Source of the DNA: Patescibacteria group bacterium
Lineage (GTDB): Bacteria; Patescibacteriota; Patescibacteriia; UBA11705; DATKZF01
Assembly (NCBI GenBank): GCA_049319825.1
Contig: JBMORT010000002.1
Span: 204,072 to 268,071, forward strand
DNA length: 64,000 nt
Direction of reading: 5' to 3'
Of this stretch, positions 9,122 through 19,683 are shown piece by piece. The notes beneath the pieces are model-generated. The model did no database searches. It saw only the letters and a program-made list of their open reading frames with translations, and had not been told where the DNA came from. A program made the translations under genes and the position numbers. Each line of letters starts with the position of its first letter. Within the stretch, counting starts at the first letter, position 1.

Positions 9122-11444
9122 AAACAAAATTTTGATTTTTCTGATTTTTTTATCGGCCGCGTCATTTATCGGGCTGGCGCACCGCGTCGAGGCCGCCGCG
9201 GATTTGCAGCAAATCATTCCGCAGCTTCGAATTCCGATCCCTGATATATTGACTGAATTTCAGCAACCGACCTTCAGCACCGAAGGTGATAAAAGCTACG
9301 TGTACATCCCCTGGATCGCTCAGTATATCAGCGCCGTGTATCGCTACTCTTTGGTCATCGCCTCGGTTATATCCGTGATCGCGGTCATGATCGGCGGGTT
9401 TTTATATCTGACCAGCGCCGGCTTTCCATCCAGAATCGAGCAGGGCAAAAAATTTATTTTCGGCGCCATCACGGGCATGGTAATTATTATTTCATCATAC
9501 GTACTGCTTAACCTGATCAATCCGGAATTGGTGCGATTAAAGCCGATTAAGGTGCAAACAGTGGTTGGCGAGGTGGTGGTCGAGGGTGCGGCTTGCGAAA
9601 ATTTGAATCCGACGCAGGTCGCGGTCATTACGCCCACAGGCCCGGCGCGTCCGGATCAGGGACGATTTGCCTGCGCTAAGCCGTATGATGTCACCTCCAT
9701 CAACTCGCAGTATGTGGTGCCGACCGGCCAGCAGTGCCGCGGCGGTCATTGCGAAGATAATCAGGTCTGTACCGCTTCCGGCTGCGTTCAAGGATTGTTT
9801 TATGGCACCATCACTCAGCAGAGCGTGCCCGGATTCGGTTTGCGTTACGTTGATACAATTTATTTGTTTTTGGAAGAAGATGTCACGGGATCATCCGTCC
9901 AATTGACTCTGGGATCGATTTTCGGCACCGGATCGGCGGTGGAGACCGGCAAAGCTATTTATAAACAAGAGTATGGCGATCGCCCGACAAGCTTTTTTAT
10001 TCCCAGAACGCCGGAAGTGGTGAACGCCATTAAAGAAAACGGCGGCCGGGTAATGCTGGGAGTGGAGATCAATGACACCGGACAAAATATCAGCCAAATT
10101 TCAAAAGAATTATACGGAGATTTCGCCGGATTTTTAATTGGTAAGACGACTCCGACTATCGATGACGATTATTTTATCGGGAAAAGCGCCGCAGATCCGC
10201 GGCAGGCCGCCTGGATACAGCCGCAATGCAAAGTTTGTTTTTCTTTCGAAGTTAACGAGTCGGGCAAAGGCTACGCCGCTACCGCCGGTTGCCAGATGTG
10301 GAGCGCGCTCGAGGTGGTCAACAGCACCCAGCCGATCGAAGTAAACATCCGAGTCGGCGATTTTTTGGAAGATTATAACACTCAATCCGTTTGTGATTAT
10401 TCAAAGACATTGACCAAGACCGATGCCAAACCGGGCGGTCAATGTTTGGCCAGTGAATTGTATACCGTGAAAAAAATTGGCGGAGTTGATTATACTTGCC
10501 GGCCGGTGACTGCCAATTCTTCGGAATGGACGCGTCTGGCCGGCGCTCAGCAAAACGAGGTCTGTGACAATTTTGATTTTGTGCAGCCCAATGTTCCGCT
10601 GAACGGCACTGTTCCCGGCAATTGGAACAGCACCACCACCCAAGTGACCTGCGCCGATCAAAATACCGGCTGTTCATGGGCGATCCACGGCGCGACGCAA
10701 TGCGAATCGTCCACGCCGCTGACAAGATTGTACTGCTATGGCCGCTGTTTGGCCGGCGGCAACCAAGCGGTGGTGTCCGCTCCCGGGGAGCGCTGCGCCG
10801 CCGGCGGTGTCTGCGGTAAGTACGCAGGCGATCAATTGATATGTAATTATACTCAAAATATCTGTCAATTTGGAGAATGGGGCGATCAGTGCGTGCGGGA
10901 TGCGGATTGCAAAACTCCGGAATATCGATGCGACACATCGGAAAAAGCATGCGTGCGCACGCAAAAAGCCGCACAGCAGTGGCAGCATTGCATCGATAAT
11001 AATGATTGTCCTCAAGATTACTCGTGTTTGGAGGCGGGGTATACAAATGACTTGACTAAGTGCAAAGGTAATTTATCCAAGATGGCCGATCCGACAGAAG
11101 CGGCAAATTCAGATATCGATTACGGTATTTGCTGGCCAAACGATAAGATTGACGCTGATGGCGATACTGAATCCGATTGGGATGTGTTCGGGGTTTGCTA
11201 TTGCACCAGCTACACCGATTGCCAAGGAAACGTCAATTGGCCCGAAGCGACTTTTTGCAATACCGGCGGCGATAACTATTGCACCAAGCCGATCGCCGGC
11301 GCGCGCTGCGACGATCAGCTCGGGGTCGGTCTGCCTTCGGCGGCGACAAAGATAATCAGCCAGCCATTCCTATATTTGGATATTGGCAATGATTTGATCT
11401 GCACCTCGACCGATATTCTAAAATCCAAAAGACAATTATATTGA
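9111..11444 (+). CDS. VirB2/TrbC-like pilin domain fused to a large Cys-rich extracellular region
   Basis: Signal peptide; GGFLYLTSAG...GKK.I.GAI.G......SY..L..INP pilin-type motif; about 38 Cys by hand count. Confidence 0.8.
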   Translation: MTNKNKILIFLIFLSAASFIGLAHRVEAAADLQQIIPQLRIPIPDILTEFQQPTFSTEGDKSYVYIPWIAQYISAVYRYSLVIASVISVIAVMIGGFLYLTSAGFPSRIEQGKKFIFGAITGMVIIISSYVLLNLINPELVRLKPIKVQTVVGEVVVEGAACENLNPTQVAVITPTGPARPDQGRFACAKPYDVTSINSQYVVPTGQQCRGGHCEDNQVCTASGCVQGLFYGTITQQSVPGFGLRYVDTIYLFLEEDVTGSSVQLTLGSIFGTGSAVETGKAIYKQEYGDRPTSFFIPRTPEVVNAIKENGGRVMLGVEINDTGQNISQISKELYGDFAGFLIGKTTPTIDDDYFIGKSAADPRQAAWIQPQCKVCFSFEVNESGKGYAATAGCQMWSALEVVNSTQPIEVNIRVGDFLEDYNTQSVCDYSKTLTKTDAKPGGQCLASELYTVKKIGGVDYTCRPVTANSSEWTRLAGAQQNEVCDNFDFVQPNVPLNGTVPGNWNSTTTQVTCADQNTGCSWAIHGATQCESSTPLTRLYCYGRCLAGGNQAVVSAPGERCAAGGVCGKYAGDQLICNYTQNICQFGEWGDQCVRDADCKTPEYRCDTSEKACVRTQKAAQQWQHCIDNNDCPQDYSCLEAGYTNDLTKCKGNLSKMADPTEAANSDIDYGICWPNDKIDADGDTESDWDVFGVCYCTSYTDCQGNVNWPEATFCNTGGDNYCTKPIAGARCDDQLGVGLPSAATKIISQPFLYLDIGNDLICTSTDILKSKRQLY

Positions 11445-11445
11445 T

Positions 11446-12360
11446 ATGCCCACCAATCATCCTTATCATTCACCTTTTCAGCATTTAATCAATCCCGGCC
11501 ACACCGCCTGCTCCGGCTGCGGTTTAATCGTGGCCATGATTAATGTCTTGGACGCGCTCGGACCCAATACCATCATCGCCAATGCCACCGGCTGCAGCGA
11601 AGTGATTTCCAGTAAATACCCTCAGACCGCCTTCAAGGTGCCCTGGATTCATTCTTTATTTGAAAATCCGGTGGCCGTGGCTTCCGGAATAGAAGCGTCG
11701 CTTAGAAAAAACGGCAAGTCAGGTGAAATCAACGTGGTCGCCTGGGGCGGAGACGGCGCCATGTTCGATATCGGTATGGGATTTATTTCCGCCTCATGGG
11801 AAAGAAGAGAAAATATAATGATCGTCTGCCTCGACAATGAAGCATATATGAATACGGGCATTCAGGCCAGCGCGGCCACGCCACTGGACACTTATACGAT
11901 GACATCGCCATCGGGAAAAAGATCATGCGGCAATACGCTGACGAAAAAGGACATGGTGCGTTTGGCGCTGGCTCACGACGTGCCGTATGTGGCCACCGCG
12001 ACCATTGGCGATTTGATTGATTTGACCAATAAAGTGAAAAAAGCGGCCAAGATCAAAGGCCCCAAATATATTCAGGTACTGACCACCTGCGTTCCCGGCT
12101 GGAACACCGATCCGAAGGATTCAATCAATCTGGCTCGGCTGGCTCAGCAGACCGGCATTTATCCGGTTCTCGAATATGAATTTGGAAAATTGGCAGCCGT
12201 TAAAAAAGTATCCAAGGATCGGCCGCCGGTCGAGGAATATTTAAAACCTCAGGGACGGTTCCGGCATTTGTTTTCGAAAAGCGGATCTTGTCAGGCTGGC
12301 GTGGCGGCGATACAAAAAATGGCCGATGATAATGTGGAAAAGTTCGGATTGTTAAAATAA
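11446..12360 (+). CDS. porB: pyruvate/2-oxoacid:ferredoxin oxidoreductase beta subunit (TPP-binding)
   Basis: GHTACSGCG, GGDG, DNEAYMNTGIQ. Confidence 0.95.
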   Translation: MPTNHPYHSPFQHLINPGHTACSGCGLIVAMINVLDALGPNTIIANATGCSEVISSKYPQTAFKVPWIHSLFENPVAVASGIEASLRKNGKSGEINVVAWGGDGAMFDIGMGFISASWERRENIMIVCLDNEAYMNTGIQASAATPLDTYTMTSPSGKRSCGNTLTKKDMVRLALAHDVPYVATATIGDLIDLTNKVKKAAKIKGPKYIQVLTTCVPGWNTDPKDSINLARLAQQTGIYPVLEYEFGKLAAVKKVSKDRPPVEEYLKPQGRFRHLFSKSGSCQAGVAAIQKMADDNVEKFGLLK

Positions 12361-12605
12361 AATTATAATTTAAGGATAAGGATTAAGGCACCCGAATAAT
12401 GATAATCCCTTGGTGAATTTATTCGAAAGCTTTAATTTTTTTTATTGGAAACGGCTGAATGCCTGGTTTTAAATTTTTGCAATCTCAGGCTATTGCCGCT
12501 TTGATAAATGTATGATAGACTGATAAGCAAGATGTTTAAATACCTCCTGAACGGAGCTTGTGTGAAAGAGGTAATGTGGATTTCCAGTTATATATTTTAA
12601 GACAT

Positions 12606-15476
12606 ATGAACAAAACAATAAAAATAAAAGGCGCGCGGGTAAATAATTTAAAGAACATTTCCTTGGAAATCCCCCGAAACAAATTAATCGTTATTACCGG
12701 ACTGTCTGGCTCGGGCAAGTCTTCACTGGCGTTTGACACCATTTACGCGGAAGGTCAGCGTCGCTACGTGGAGAGCTTGTCTTCTTATGCCAGGCAGTTT
12801 TTAGATGTTCAGGATAAACCCGATGTCGATTTGATAGCAGGTTTGTCGCCGGCGATCGCCATCGATCAGCGCTCTTCTTCCAGAAATCCTCGATCAACCG
12901 TGGGCACGATCACCGAAACATACGATTTGCTGAGGCTGCTTTACGCGAGAATCGGCATCCCGCATTGTCCGGTTTGCGGCCGTGAATTGAAAAAACAGAG
13001 TGTCGACGAGATCGTCGATAAAATTTGGGCTATCGATCATCATGTTAATGTCACTATTTTGGCGCCGGTGCTGCGAGAGCAAAAAGGCAGCCATCGAAAG
13101 ATATTTGAAGAGTTGCAAAAAGCCAATTACTACCAAGTCCGTTTCGACGGCATTATCTATAATATTGAAGAAGCCCTCGCCATGCCGATCGACAAACAGA
13201 AAAAACACACCATGGAAGTGGTCGTTGATCGGGTGTTGCTCGACGGCGACAGAGATTTAAAAAATCAGCTGTCCGAATCGGTGAAAATCGCATTGGATCT
13301 GGGCGACGGCCTGGTTGTCATTCAACGATCGGATACCGAAGAAGATCAGCTTTTCAGCCAATATTACAATTGTCCGGAATGCGGCGTTAATTTCCCGGAA
13401 ATCGATTTGCGGAGTTTTTCGTTCAATTCGCCAAACGGCGCCTGTACGGATTGCTCCGGCTTGGGAACCAAGCAGGAGGTGGATCCCCAGCTGGTGATTT
13501 CCAACCCGCGTTTGACTTTGGCCGAAGGCGCCATCAAGCCCTGGACCAAAATATTTTCCACTCAAACGTCAAATATGCAGCTATTGGAAGCGGTGGCTCA
13601 GAAATATAAATTTTCATTGAATACTCCGGCCGGAAAATTGTCTAAAAAAGCGGTTGAGATCGTGCTTTACGGCACCGGACCCGAATTGTATCACATCGGC
13701 TCAAAATCAATGGCCTTCATCGGGGTGATACCGTTTTTGGAACAGAAATACAAAACGACAGATTCCGATTACATCCGAAAAGAGATTGAAAAATACATGC
13801 GCATGCATATCTGCCCGACCTGCGGCGGTAAAAGATTAAAAAAAGAAAGCCTGGCCGTTACTGTGGCCGGTATCAATATTTCCGAATTTTCGAACTTTAA
13901 TATCGGAAAGATCATCCAGCTCATTGCCGAGGCGTCATTAAGCGTAAAAGTCGCCGGGAAAAAGCTGCCCAGAAAGTTTGATTTAATCAAGGAGCCGCTC
14001 GATCGGCGACAGCTGGGAATCGCCGATCAGATTTTTAAAGAGCTGAAGAGACGGCTCGGCTTTATCGAGGATGTCGGCTTGGGTTATTTAACTCTCGACC
14101 GCAGCGCGGTCACCTTGTCCGGCGGCGAAGCGCAGCGCATCAGGCTGGCAACGCAGATGGGATCAAAGTTGGCTGAAGTGGTTTATGTCCTCGACGAGCC
14201 AACAATCGGTCTGCATCAGGCGGATGTTACTAAATTAATCGGCGCCCTGCAGAGTCTTAAAGCTCAGGAAAACACCGTAATCGTTGTTGAACATGACGAA
14301 TCGACCATGCTCGCCGCCGATCAAATCATCGACATCGGACCGGGTGCGGGTATTTACGGCGGAGAAGTGATCGCTCAGGGAACACCCGAACAAATCAAAA
14401 AAAATCCAAAATCATTAACGGGCCAGTATTTATCGGGCAAAAAAAAGATTTGTGCGACCGTTTCCAATCGAGCCAAACGCGGCAATGGAAAAAATATTTC
14501 CATTAAAGGCGCGACAGCCAACAATTTAAAAAATATCAATGTCGAAATACCGTTGGGGAAATTCGTTTGTATCACCGGCGTTTCCGGCTCGGGCAAATCG
14601 ACCTTGATGACCGATATTTTATCAAAGGCGCTGGCCAGGCAGTTCTATCGGTCAAAAGAATTGCCGGCAGAACATAAAAGTATTGACGGCATTCAGCACC
14701 TGGATAAGGTGATTACGATCGATCAATCACCGATTGGCAGGACGCCGCGCTCAAATCCGGCCACCTACACCGGCGTGTTTACCTATATCCGCGATTTGTT
14801 CACGCAAATTCCCGAAGCCAAAATCAAAGGTTATGACGCGGGTAAATTCAGCTTTAATGTCAAAGGCGGCCGCTGCGAAGCCTGCGGCGGAGACGGATTC
14901 GTTAAAATCGAAATGCAGTTTTTGCCCGATGTTTATGTGATCTGCGAAGAGTGCAAGGGAACCAGATATAAAAAAGAAATTCTGGAAATTCATTATCGAG
15001 GCAAAAACATCGCCGACATTTTGGAAATGACCATTGCCGAAGCCAATGAATTTTTCAGCGATATCCCTATTCTCAAAGAAAAATTGACTGTCTTGCAAGA
15101 AGTTGGTTTGGGCTATTTAAAGCTCGGTCAAAGCGCCACTACCTTGTCCGGCGGCGAGGCGCAGCGCATTAAACTGGCGACCGAACTTTCAAGGTATTCG
15201 ACCGGAAAGACTCTTTACATCCTTGATGAGCCGACCACCGGTCTTCATTTTGACGATATTAACCGACTGCTATTGATACTGAACCGCTTGGTCGATAAAG
15301 GCAATTCGGTGCTGATCATCGAGCATAATGTCGATGTTATCCGGCAGGCTGATTGGATTATTGATCTTGGTCCAGCAGGCGGTGAAAACGGCGGTTATCT
15401 GGTGGCTCAGGGAGCGCCGGCGGACATCATTAGGTCCAAAAAATCATTAACCGGTAAATATTTGAAAAAATCGTGA
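12606..15476 (+). CDS. uvrA: excinuclease ABC subunit A
   Basis: Two Walker A motifs ([16 protein letters not shown]), LSGGEAQRI twice, zinc fingers; start at ATG 12606. Confidence 0.98.
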   Translation: MNKTIKIKGARVNNLKNISLEIPRNKLIVITGLSGSGKSSLAFDTIYAEGQRRYVESLSSYARQFLDVQDKPDVDLIAGLSPAIAIDQRSSSRNPRSTVGTITETYDLLRLLYARIGIPHCPVCGRELKKQSVDEIVDKIWAIDHHVNVTILAPVLREQKGSHRKIFEELQKANYYQVRFDGIIYNIEEALAMPIDKQKKHTMEVVVDRVLLDGDRDLKNQLSESVKIALDLGDGLVVIQRSDTEEDQLFSQYYNCPECGVNFPEIDLRSFSFNSPNGACTDCSGLGTKQEVDPQLVISNPRLTLAEGAIKPWTKIFSTQTSNMQLLEAVAQKYKFSLNTPAGKLSKKAVEIVLYGTGPELYHIGSKSMAFIGVIPFLEQKYKTTDSDYIRKEIEKYMRMHICPTCGGKRLKKESLAVTVAGINISEFSNFNIGKIIQLIAEASLSVKVAGKKLPRKFDLIKEPLDRRQLGIADQIFKELKRRLGFIEDVGLGYLTLDRSAVTLSGGEAQRIRLATQMGSKLAEVVYVLDEPTIGLHQADVTKLIGALQSLKAQENTVIVVEHDESTMLAADQIIDIGPGAGIYGGEVIAQGTPEQIKKNPKSLTGQYLSGKKKICATVSNRAKRGNGKNISIKGATANNLKNINVEIPLGKFVCITGVSGSGKSTLMTDILSKALARQFYRSKELPAEHKSIDGIQHLDKVITIDQSPIGRTPRSNPATYTGVFTYIRDLFTQIPEAKIKGYDAGKFSFNVKGGRCEACGGDGFVKIEMQFLPDVYVICEECKGTRYKKEILEIHYRGKNIADILEMTIAEANEFFSDIPILKEKLTVLQEVGLGYLKLGQSATTLSGGEAQRIKLATELSRYSTGKTLYILDEPTTGLHFDDINRLLLILNRLVDKGNSVLIIEHNVDVIRQADWIIDLGPAGGENGGYLVAQGAPADIIRSKKSLTGKYLKKS

Positions 15477-15568
15477 CATTGACAAAAATGCAATTTAATT
15501 ATAAATTAAAAAAGTGCCAAATCGGCGCTTTTTTTGCAGTGAACCAATGCTCTTGGGGGGAAAAGAGC

Positions 15569-15862
15569 ATGACCGGAGCGGCCATCAGTTCGGAAATTAC
15601 CAATGTGCAGCAGGGGAATGACGTATCTCGGGTTTACTGTCGATCTTGCGGCAGCTTGTTGCCGCGATCAGGCATAGCTCTGGTCGATCACCAGCGTTTG
15701 CCCAATTGGGTACGATCATTATTTTCGGAATTGAAACCCAATGAACAGCATATTTTGACATACCACCCGCAGCTGGTTATTTGGCAGCAGTTTTTCCCGC
15801 GGTTGGATTATCTGCCGCTTAAATGCTGTAACTGTAACGGTCCGGTGACTTCAAACGAATAG
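15569..15862 (+). CDS. small hypothetical protein, possible Zn-ribbon
   Basis: CRSC...CCNC; GGGGGG SD-like sequence before ATG 15569; terminator at about 15862-15887. Confidence 0.55.
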   Translation: MTGAAISSEITNVQQGNDVSRVYCRSCGSLLPRSGIALVDHQRLPNWVRSLFSELKPNEQHILTYHPQLVIWQQFFPRLDYLPLKCCNCNGPVTSNE

Positions 15863-15989
15863 AACCGTCAACAATTGGCGGTTTTTTAAAATACAAATAA
15901 AAGGAAATATCAATAAAAGAACGGCGATCTTATGTCAGCGGCGCATATAAAATTGATTGCGAAAAAAAACTACCTGCGTGGGGTAGTTA

Positions 15990-16406
15990 TCATCTGGTTT
16001 CCAAAAGTTTTTCAACTTCGGCGATTATTTCAGACGCCCTGATCGGTTTATCAATGTAGGCGTCGGCGCCATAAAGCGGAGATGTCATCTCGTTCAGATT
16101 GGGACCGATCGCCGTCACCATCAGGATCAGCGTCCTTTTTGTCCGGTGAGACTTGGCGGCTCCGCCGTTGGCAGTATATTGACGATCCTCCCAAGCCCTG
16201 ATTCTCCGGCAGGTTTCCCAGCCATTCCCAATCGGTAGCATGACATCCAAGATAATTACGTCTGGTCGAAATTCCACAAAGACATTAAAGGCGGTATCGC
16301 CGTCATAGGCTTCGAGCACCTGCAGTTCGAAAAATCTCTTTTTAAATGCTTTTTTGATAATCCGGCAATAATCTTCGTCGTCATCAACGATCAACAGTCT
16401 ATCCAT
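15990..16406 (-). CDS. single-domain response regulator (receiver only)
   Basis: LLIVDDD, PDVIILDVMLP (phospho-Asp), MVTA, GADAYIDKP. Confidence 0.92.
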   Translation of the reverse strand: MDRLLIVDDDEDYCRIIKKAFKKRFFELQVLEAYDGDTAFNVFVEFRPDVIILDVMLPIGNGWETCRRIRAWEDRQYTANGGAAKSHRTKRTLILMVTAIGPNLNEMTSPLYGADAYIDKPIRASEIIAEVEKLLETR

Positions 16407-16496
16407 GATTTTTCTCCCCCTCAGAGAAAAAGACGATAACGGCAGTTTACCTTAATTTTTTTTGAAAATCAAGGAGATTGAGAACAGACCGTTTGA

Positions 16497-16931
16497 TTAT
16501 GCCTTTTCCTCGAATGCCCGGCCAAAGACCTCAAACACATGAGAGCGCCGGATCGGATTGGGAATCCGATAGTCAGCACCCCAGCCGACAATGTCGTTTT
16601 TCCAAAATTCGCTGTCCGATTTTACTCCAACGATAATGAAATGACGACCATATTTTCCGATATCGAGCAGTGGATCGAGATTAAAATGGAATTGTTCGTC
16701 TATGAAAATGAGGCGGATTTGGTATCGGAAAGTCAGATCCCTGACATAAATCACATCTTCGGTGTTTACAATAAAAATTTGTTCGTTTATCGGGCAAAAT
16801 ATGTTTTGCAGTTGCCTGAATAATTCGAAATTTTTTGAAAGAACCAGCATATGAGGGATGCGCAGGGTTTTGGATAGCCATTCATCTCGATTTGCCGGCG
16901 ACTGCTTTTTGCGATAAATCCGTTGCCGCAT
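16497..16931 (-). CDS. degenerate receiver-like protein
   Basis: LIFID, IIVGV and GADYRIPNPI align with the receiver pattern; DD pocket and conserved Lys are missing. Confidence 0.55.
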   Translation of the reverse strand: MRQRIYRKKQSPANRDEWLSKTLRIPHMLVLSKNFELFRQLQNIFCPINEQIFIVNTEDVIYVRDLTFRYQIRLIFIDEQFHFNLDPLLDIGKYGRHFIIVGVKSDSEFWKNDIVGWGADYRIPNPIRRSHVFEVFGRAFEEKA

Positions 16932-16990
16932 GTTTATCCCTCCCTATTTAAAAAAATTGATGAATTAAAAAACGGAAAAAGTTTTTCCGT

Positions 16991-17317
16991 TTATTTGATT
17001 TCTTTAAGCTTTTTATTCGAGGTCCGAAGATGCTTCAGCTTGGCTCGATTTGTCTTATACTGTTTCTTTACGGTTATTTTCTCGATCGAGGGCATATTGA
17101 GCGGAAATATTTTTTCAACCCCGACACCGTCGGAAATTTTTCGAACTGTGATTGTGGCGCCCGATTGCGACCCGTGTTTTCTGGCTAGAACAGTGCCTTC
17201 AAAGACCTGTATTCTTTCTTTTTCTTCTCCTTTGGGGTTAAGTTCTTTGATCTTTTGGTAAATTCGAACAACTTTGCCGGGCTGGACATCTTGATGAATT
17301 TGTTTGGTTTCGGACAT
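16991..17317 (-). CDS. rplS: 50S ribosomal protein L19
   Basis: ERIQVFEG.V, TITVRKIS.GVGVEKIFP, RAKL..LR. Confidence 0.96.
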   Translation of the reverse strand: MSETKQIHQDVQPGKVVRIYQKIKELNPKGEEKERIQVFEGTVLARKHGSQSGATITVRKISDGVGVEKIFPLNMPSIEKITVKKQYKTNRAKLKHLRTSNKKLKEIK

Positions 17318-17422
17318 ATTAATGGAAATAATAAGTAAAAAATAGTAAAAATATTGACGGTTTGGAGAATTGGGCAGTAACCGATCAACTGCAGTTAAGT
17401 TTAGACTTTTTTTCCGCCATTG

Positions 17423-17983
17423 TCAAGCATTTGAAAATATAATCTTTGCGCATGCCCGAACAGCGTCATCGAGCCGATTTTCAGGGTTAGCTACTGAAAA
17501 ATCGGCATATTTGGCCATTTCTTTTTCAGCCGGTATTTTTTCCAATCGTTTTTTTATTCGTTCCGAACCGAGATGCCTTTTTTTTAACCGGTTTTCCAAT
17601 GAAGCAGTGTCATTCCCGTCAATGAAAATGATGATAGAATCGTGGCGGTGGAATTCCGGCTTGTCGATGGACAGCGGATCGATCGTGCCGATCGCCGCTT
17701 TGCCACGGCTCCAAATATCCTCAATGTTTTCCATTGACTTGCCGTAATAATTGCCGTAGACAAGATCGTATTCCAATAGTTTTTTTTCTTCGATAAATTT
17801 TTGGAAATTATCGGTCGACACAAATTCATATTCTCCCGTTGTTTCATGGTTTTCACCGCGCGGCTCGCGGGTGGTATAGGTTTTTATCCTTTCCAGCCGG
17901 TCAGGATATTGCTGCAGCAGTTTATTGATGATGGTCGTTTTTCCGGCTCCCGACGGTCCGGAAATGATTATCAATTTATACAT
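17423..17983 (-). CDS. gmk: guanylate kinase
   Basis: ISGPSGAGKTT, TTREPR.E, Y.FVS, GNYYG. Confidence 0.9.
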   Translation of the reverse strand: MYKLIIISGPSGAGKTTIINKLLQQYPDRLERIKTYTTREPRGENHETTGEYEFVSTDNFQKFIEEKKLLEYDLVYGNYYGKSMENIEDIWSRGKAAIGTIDPLSIDKPEFHRHDSIIIFIDGNDTASLENRLKKRHLGSERIKKRLEKIPAEKEMAKYADFSVANPENRLDDAVRACAKIIFSNA

Positions 17984-17989
17984 ATGGTA

Positions 17990-19555
17990 TTACGCATTGC
18001 CCGAATTACCCAGAATTTGTTTTTTGTTTTTTAATAAGAATTCAGCCGCCTCTTCCTTGGTGTAGATCCTGGCGGCCAGTTGCTCTTCCCGGACCATTTC
18101 CTTTGCTGCTTTGATCCACGGGCCGCCTTTTTTAATCATGAATACCTCCATTATTTCCATGCCGTCTAAAAGCTCGGCCGGCAGATGCTGCTGCTTTTCT
18201 CTAATGGCGTTGATTTTGCGGATTCTTTTGACCAGAGCATTATAATTATCCAGCGGCACAGATCCGTCAGGCCTAAGCGAGCATAACGAGTCGAGATAGA
18301 AAAGCATCAGCAGGCGATGACCTTTGGGACCCATGAAATATTTTTCAATGGTAGTATTTTTAATGGTGGCCGGGTTGGCGGAAACCGCGGTCATGTGCCT
18401 CTCTATTAAAAATTTGATCTGCTCGATTTGCTTTTTGGGAAATCTCAGCCGGCGTAGGATTGCATCGGCGATTTGCGCCCCGGCTTCATCATGACCGAAA
18501 AAGGTGATTTTCGCTTGTCCGTTTTTTTGGGTTTCTTTTCTGGTGGCGGGCTTGCCGATGTCATGAAGCAGCATGGCCATGACGAATTGCCCGTCAATTT
18601 TCGAGTCCGGAAATTGTTTTTTGAATTCCGGGGATTCAATCTTTCCGAGCATCAGCTTAGTATGTTCCCAGGTATCGCCTTCATAGTGGAATTCCGGCGG
18701 CTGCTCGCAGCCTTTTAGCGCCGACAATTCAGGCACGATCTGCTCGAAGACTCCTGATTTGTCAAAGAGGTCAAAGGCTCGGGTCGGATTGGCTTCCAGG
18801 GCCTTTAGCATTTCTTTTCTGATCGTATCTTCAGGCACGATTCGTTCTGTTTTGCCTTCGTTATTTTTCCTGGTGTCATTTAAATGCTTAGCGTTAGCAA
18901 TGATCGCCTGCCAAGTTTTCGGCTCGATTTCAAAGTCGAATTTGCAGGCGAAGCGGATGGCGCGCAATATTCTCGAATAGTCTTCTTTGAATCTTTCATT
19001 CGGATCGCCGACCGCGCGAATGATTTTATTTTCCAAATCCTTTTGCCCGCTGAAAGGATCGATCAGCTTGCCTTCGCGGACATCATAAGCCATGGCATTG
19101 ATAGTCAGATCGCGCCGGCCGAGATCTTTTTCGATCGGTAAATTGGGATCAGCCTGCACTTCAAAATCGCGGTAGCCGCCGGTGCCGGCAGCGTATTCCA
19201 CGCGCGGAAAAGCGATATCGATCGCTTCTTTGAGGCTTGAATCGGCGGGCATGAATTTATAAACGCCGAAATTTCTGCCGACCAGATCCAGGCTGCCTTT
19301 TTCCCGGGTCAAGGCGCTTTCTAATTCCTCTCGCGATATTTTTCTGAAAATAAAGTCATAATCCTTTGATTTCCCGGCTCCCAGCAGCGTGTCCCGAACA
19401 ATTCCGCCGACCAAATACAATTCCAACTGATCAAGCTCTTGATTTTCGATCAGGTCATCCAAAAAGCGCTTGATCGACGGCTCGGTTAAGATTTTTTTGC
19501 GGAGCTTATCTTCGGGCGTTTCTTTTTTGAAAAATATTTCTTTAAAAAATTTCAT
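17990..19555 (-). CDS. cca: class II tRNA nucleotidyltransferase (CCA-adding/PolyA-pol family) with HD domain
   Basis: YLVGGIVRD, DYD, RRDLTINAMA, ED..RILRA.RF, LLHDIGK. Confidence 0.88.
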   Translation of the reverse strand: MKFFKEIFFKKETPEDKLRKKILTEPSIKRFLDDLIENQELDQLELYLVGGIVRDTLLGAGKSKDYDFIFRKISREELESALTREKGSLDLVGRNFGVYKFMPADSSLKEAIDIAFPRVEYAAGTGGYRDFEVQADPNLPIEKDLGRRDLTINAMAYDVREGKLIDPFSGQKDLENKIIRAVGDPNERFKEDYSRILRAIRFACKFDFEIEPKTWQAIIANAKHLNDTRKNNEGKTERIVPEDTIRKEMLKALEANPTRAFDLFDKSGVFEQIVPELSALKGCEQPPEFHYEGDTWEHTKLMLGKIESPEFKKQFPDSKIDGQFVMAMLLHDIGKPATRKETQKNGQAKITFFGHDEAGAQIADAILRRLRFPKKQIEQIKFLIERHMTAVSANPATIKNTTIEKYFMGPKGHRLLMLFYLDSLCSLRPDGSVPLDNYNALVKRIRKINAIREKQQHLPAELLDGMEIMEVFMIKKGGPWIKAAKEMVREEQLAARIYTKEEAAEFLLKNKKQILGNSGNA

Positions 19556-19556
19556 A

Positions 19557-19683
19557 AATTTTCCACCCCACTTTCAGTGGGCCTGTTTTTGAAGCCGACT
19601 GAAAGTCGGGCAGAAATTAAGTATTTCTACCCCACTTTTAGTGGACATTGTTATCTGAGTACACTGGAAGTCGGGCCGAAATT
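19557..19683. repeat. two tandem imperfect ~62-bp palindromic (REP-like) units
   Basis: ACCCCACTTTCAGTGG..ACTGAAAGTCGGGCAGAAATT and ACCCCACTTTTAGTGG..ACTGGAAGTCGGGCCGAAATT. Confidence 0.75.

Noticed and set aside
12361-12605. SOS box or structured RNA upstream of uvrA
   Set aside because: No recognisable LexA box; only weak pairing (CGAATAA/TTATTCG)
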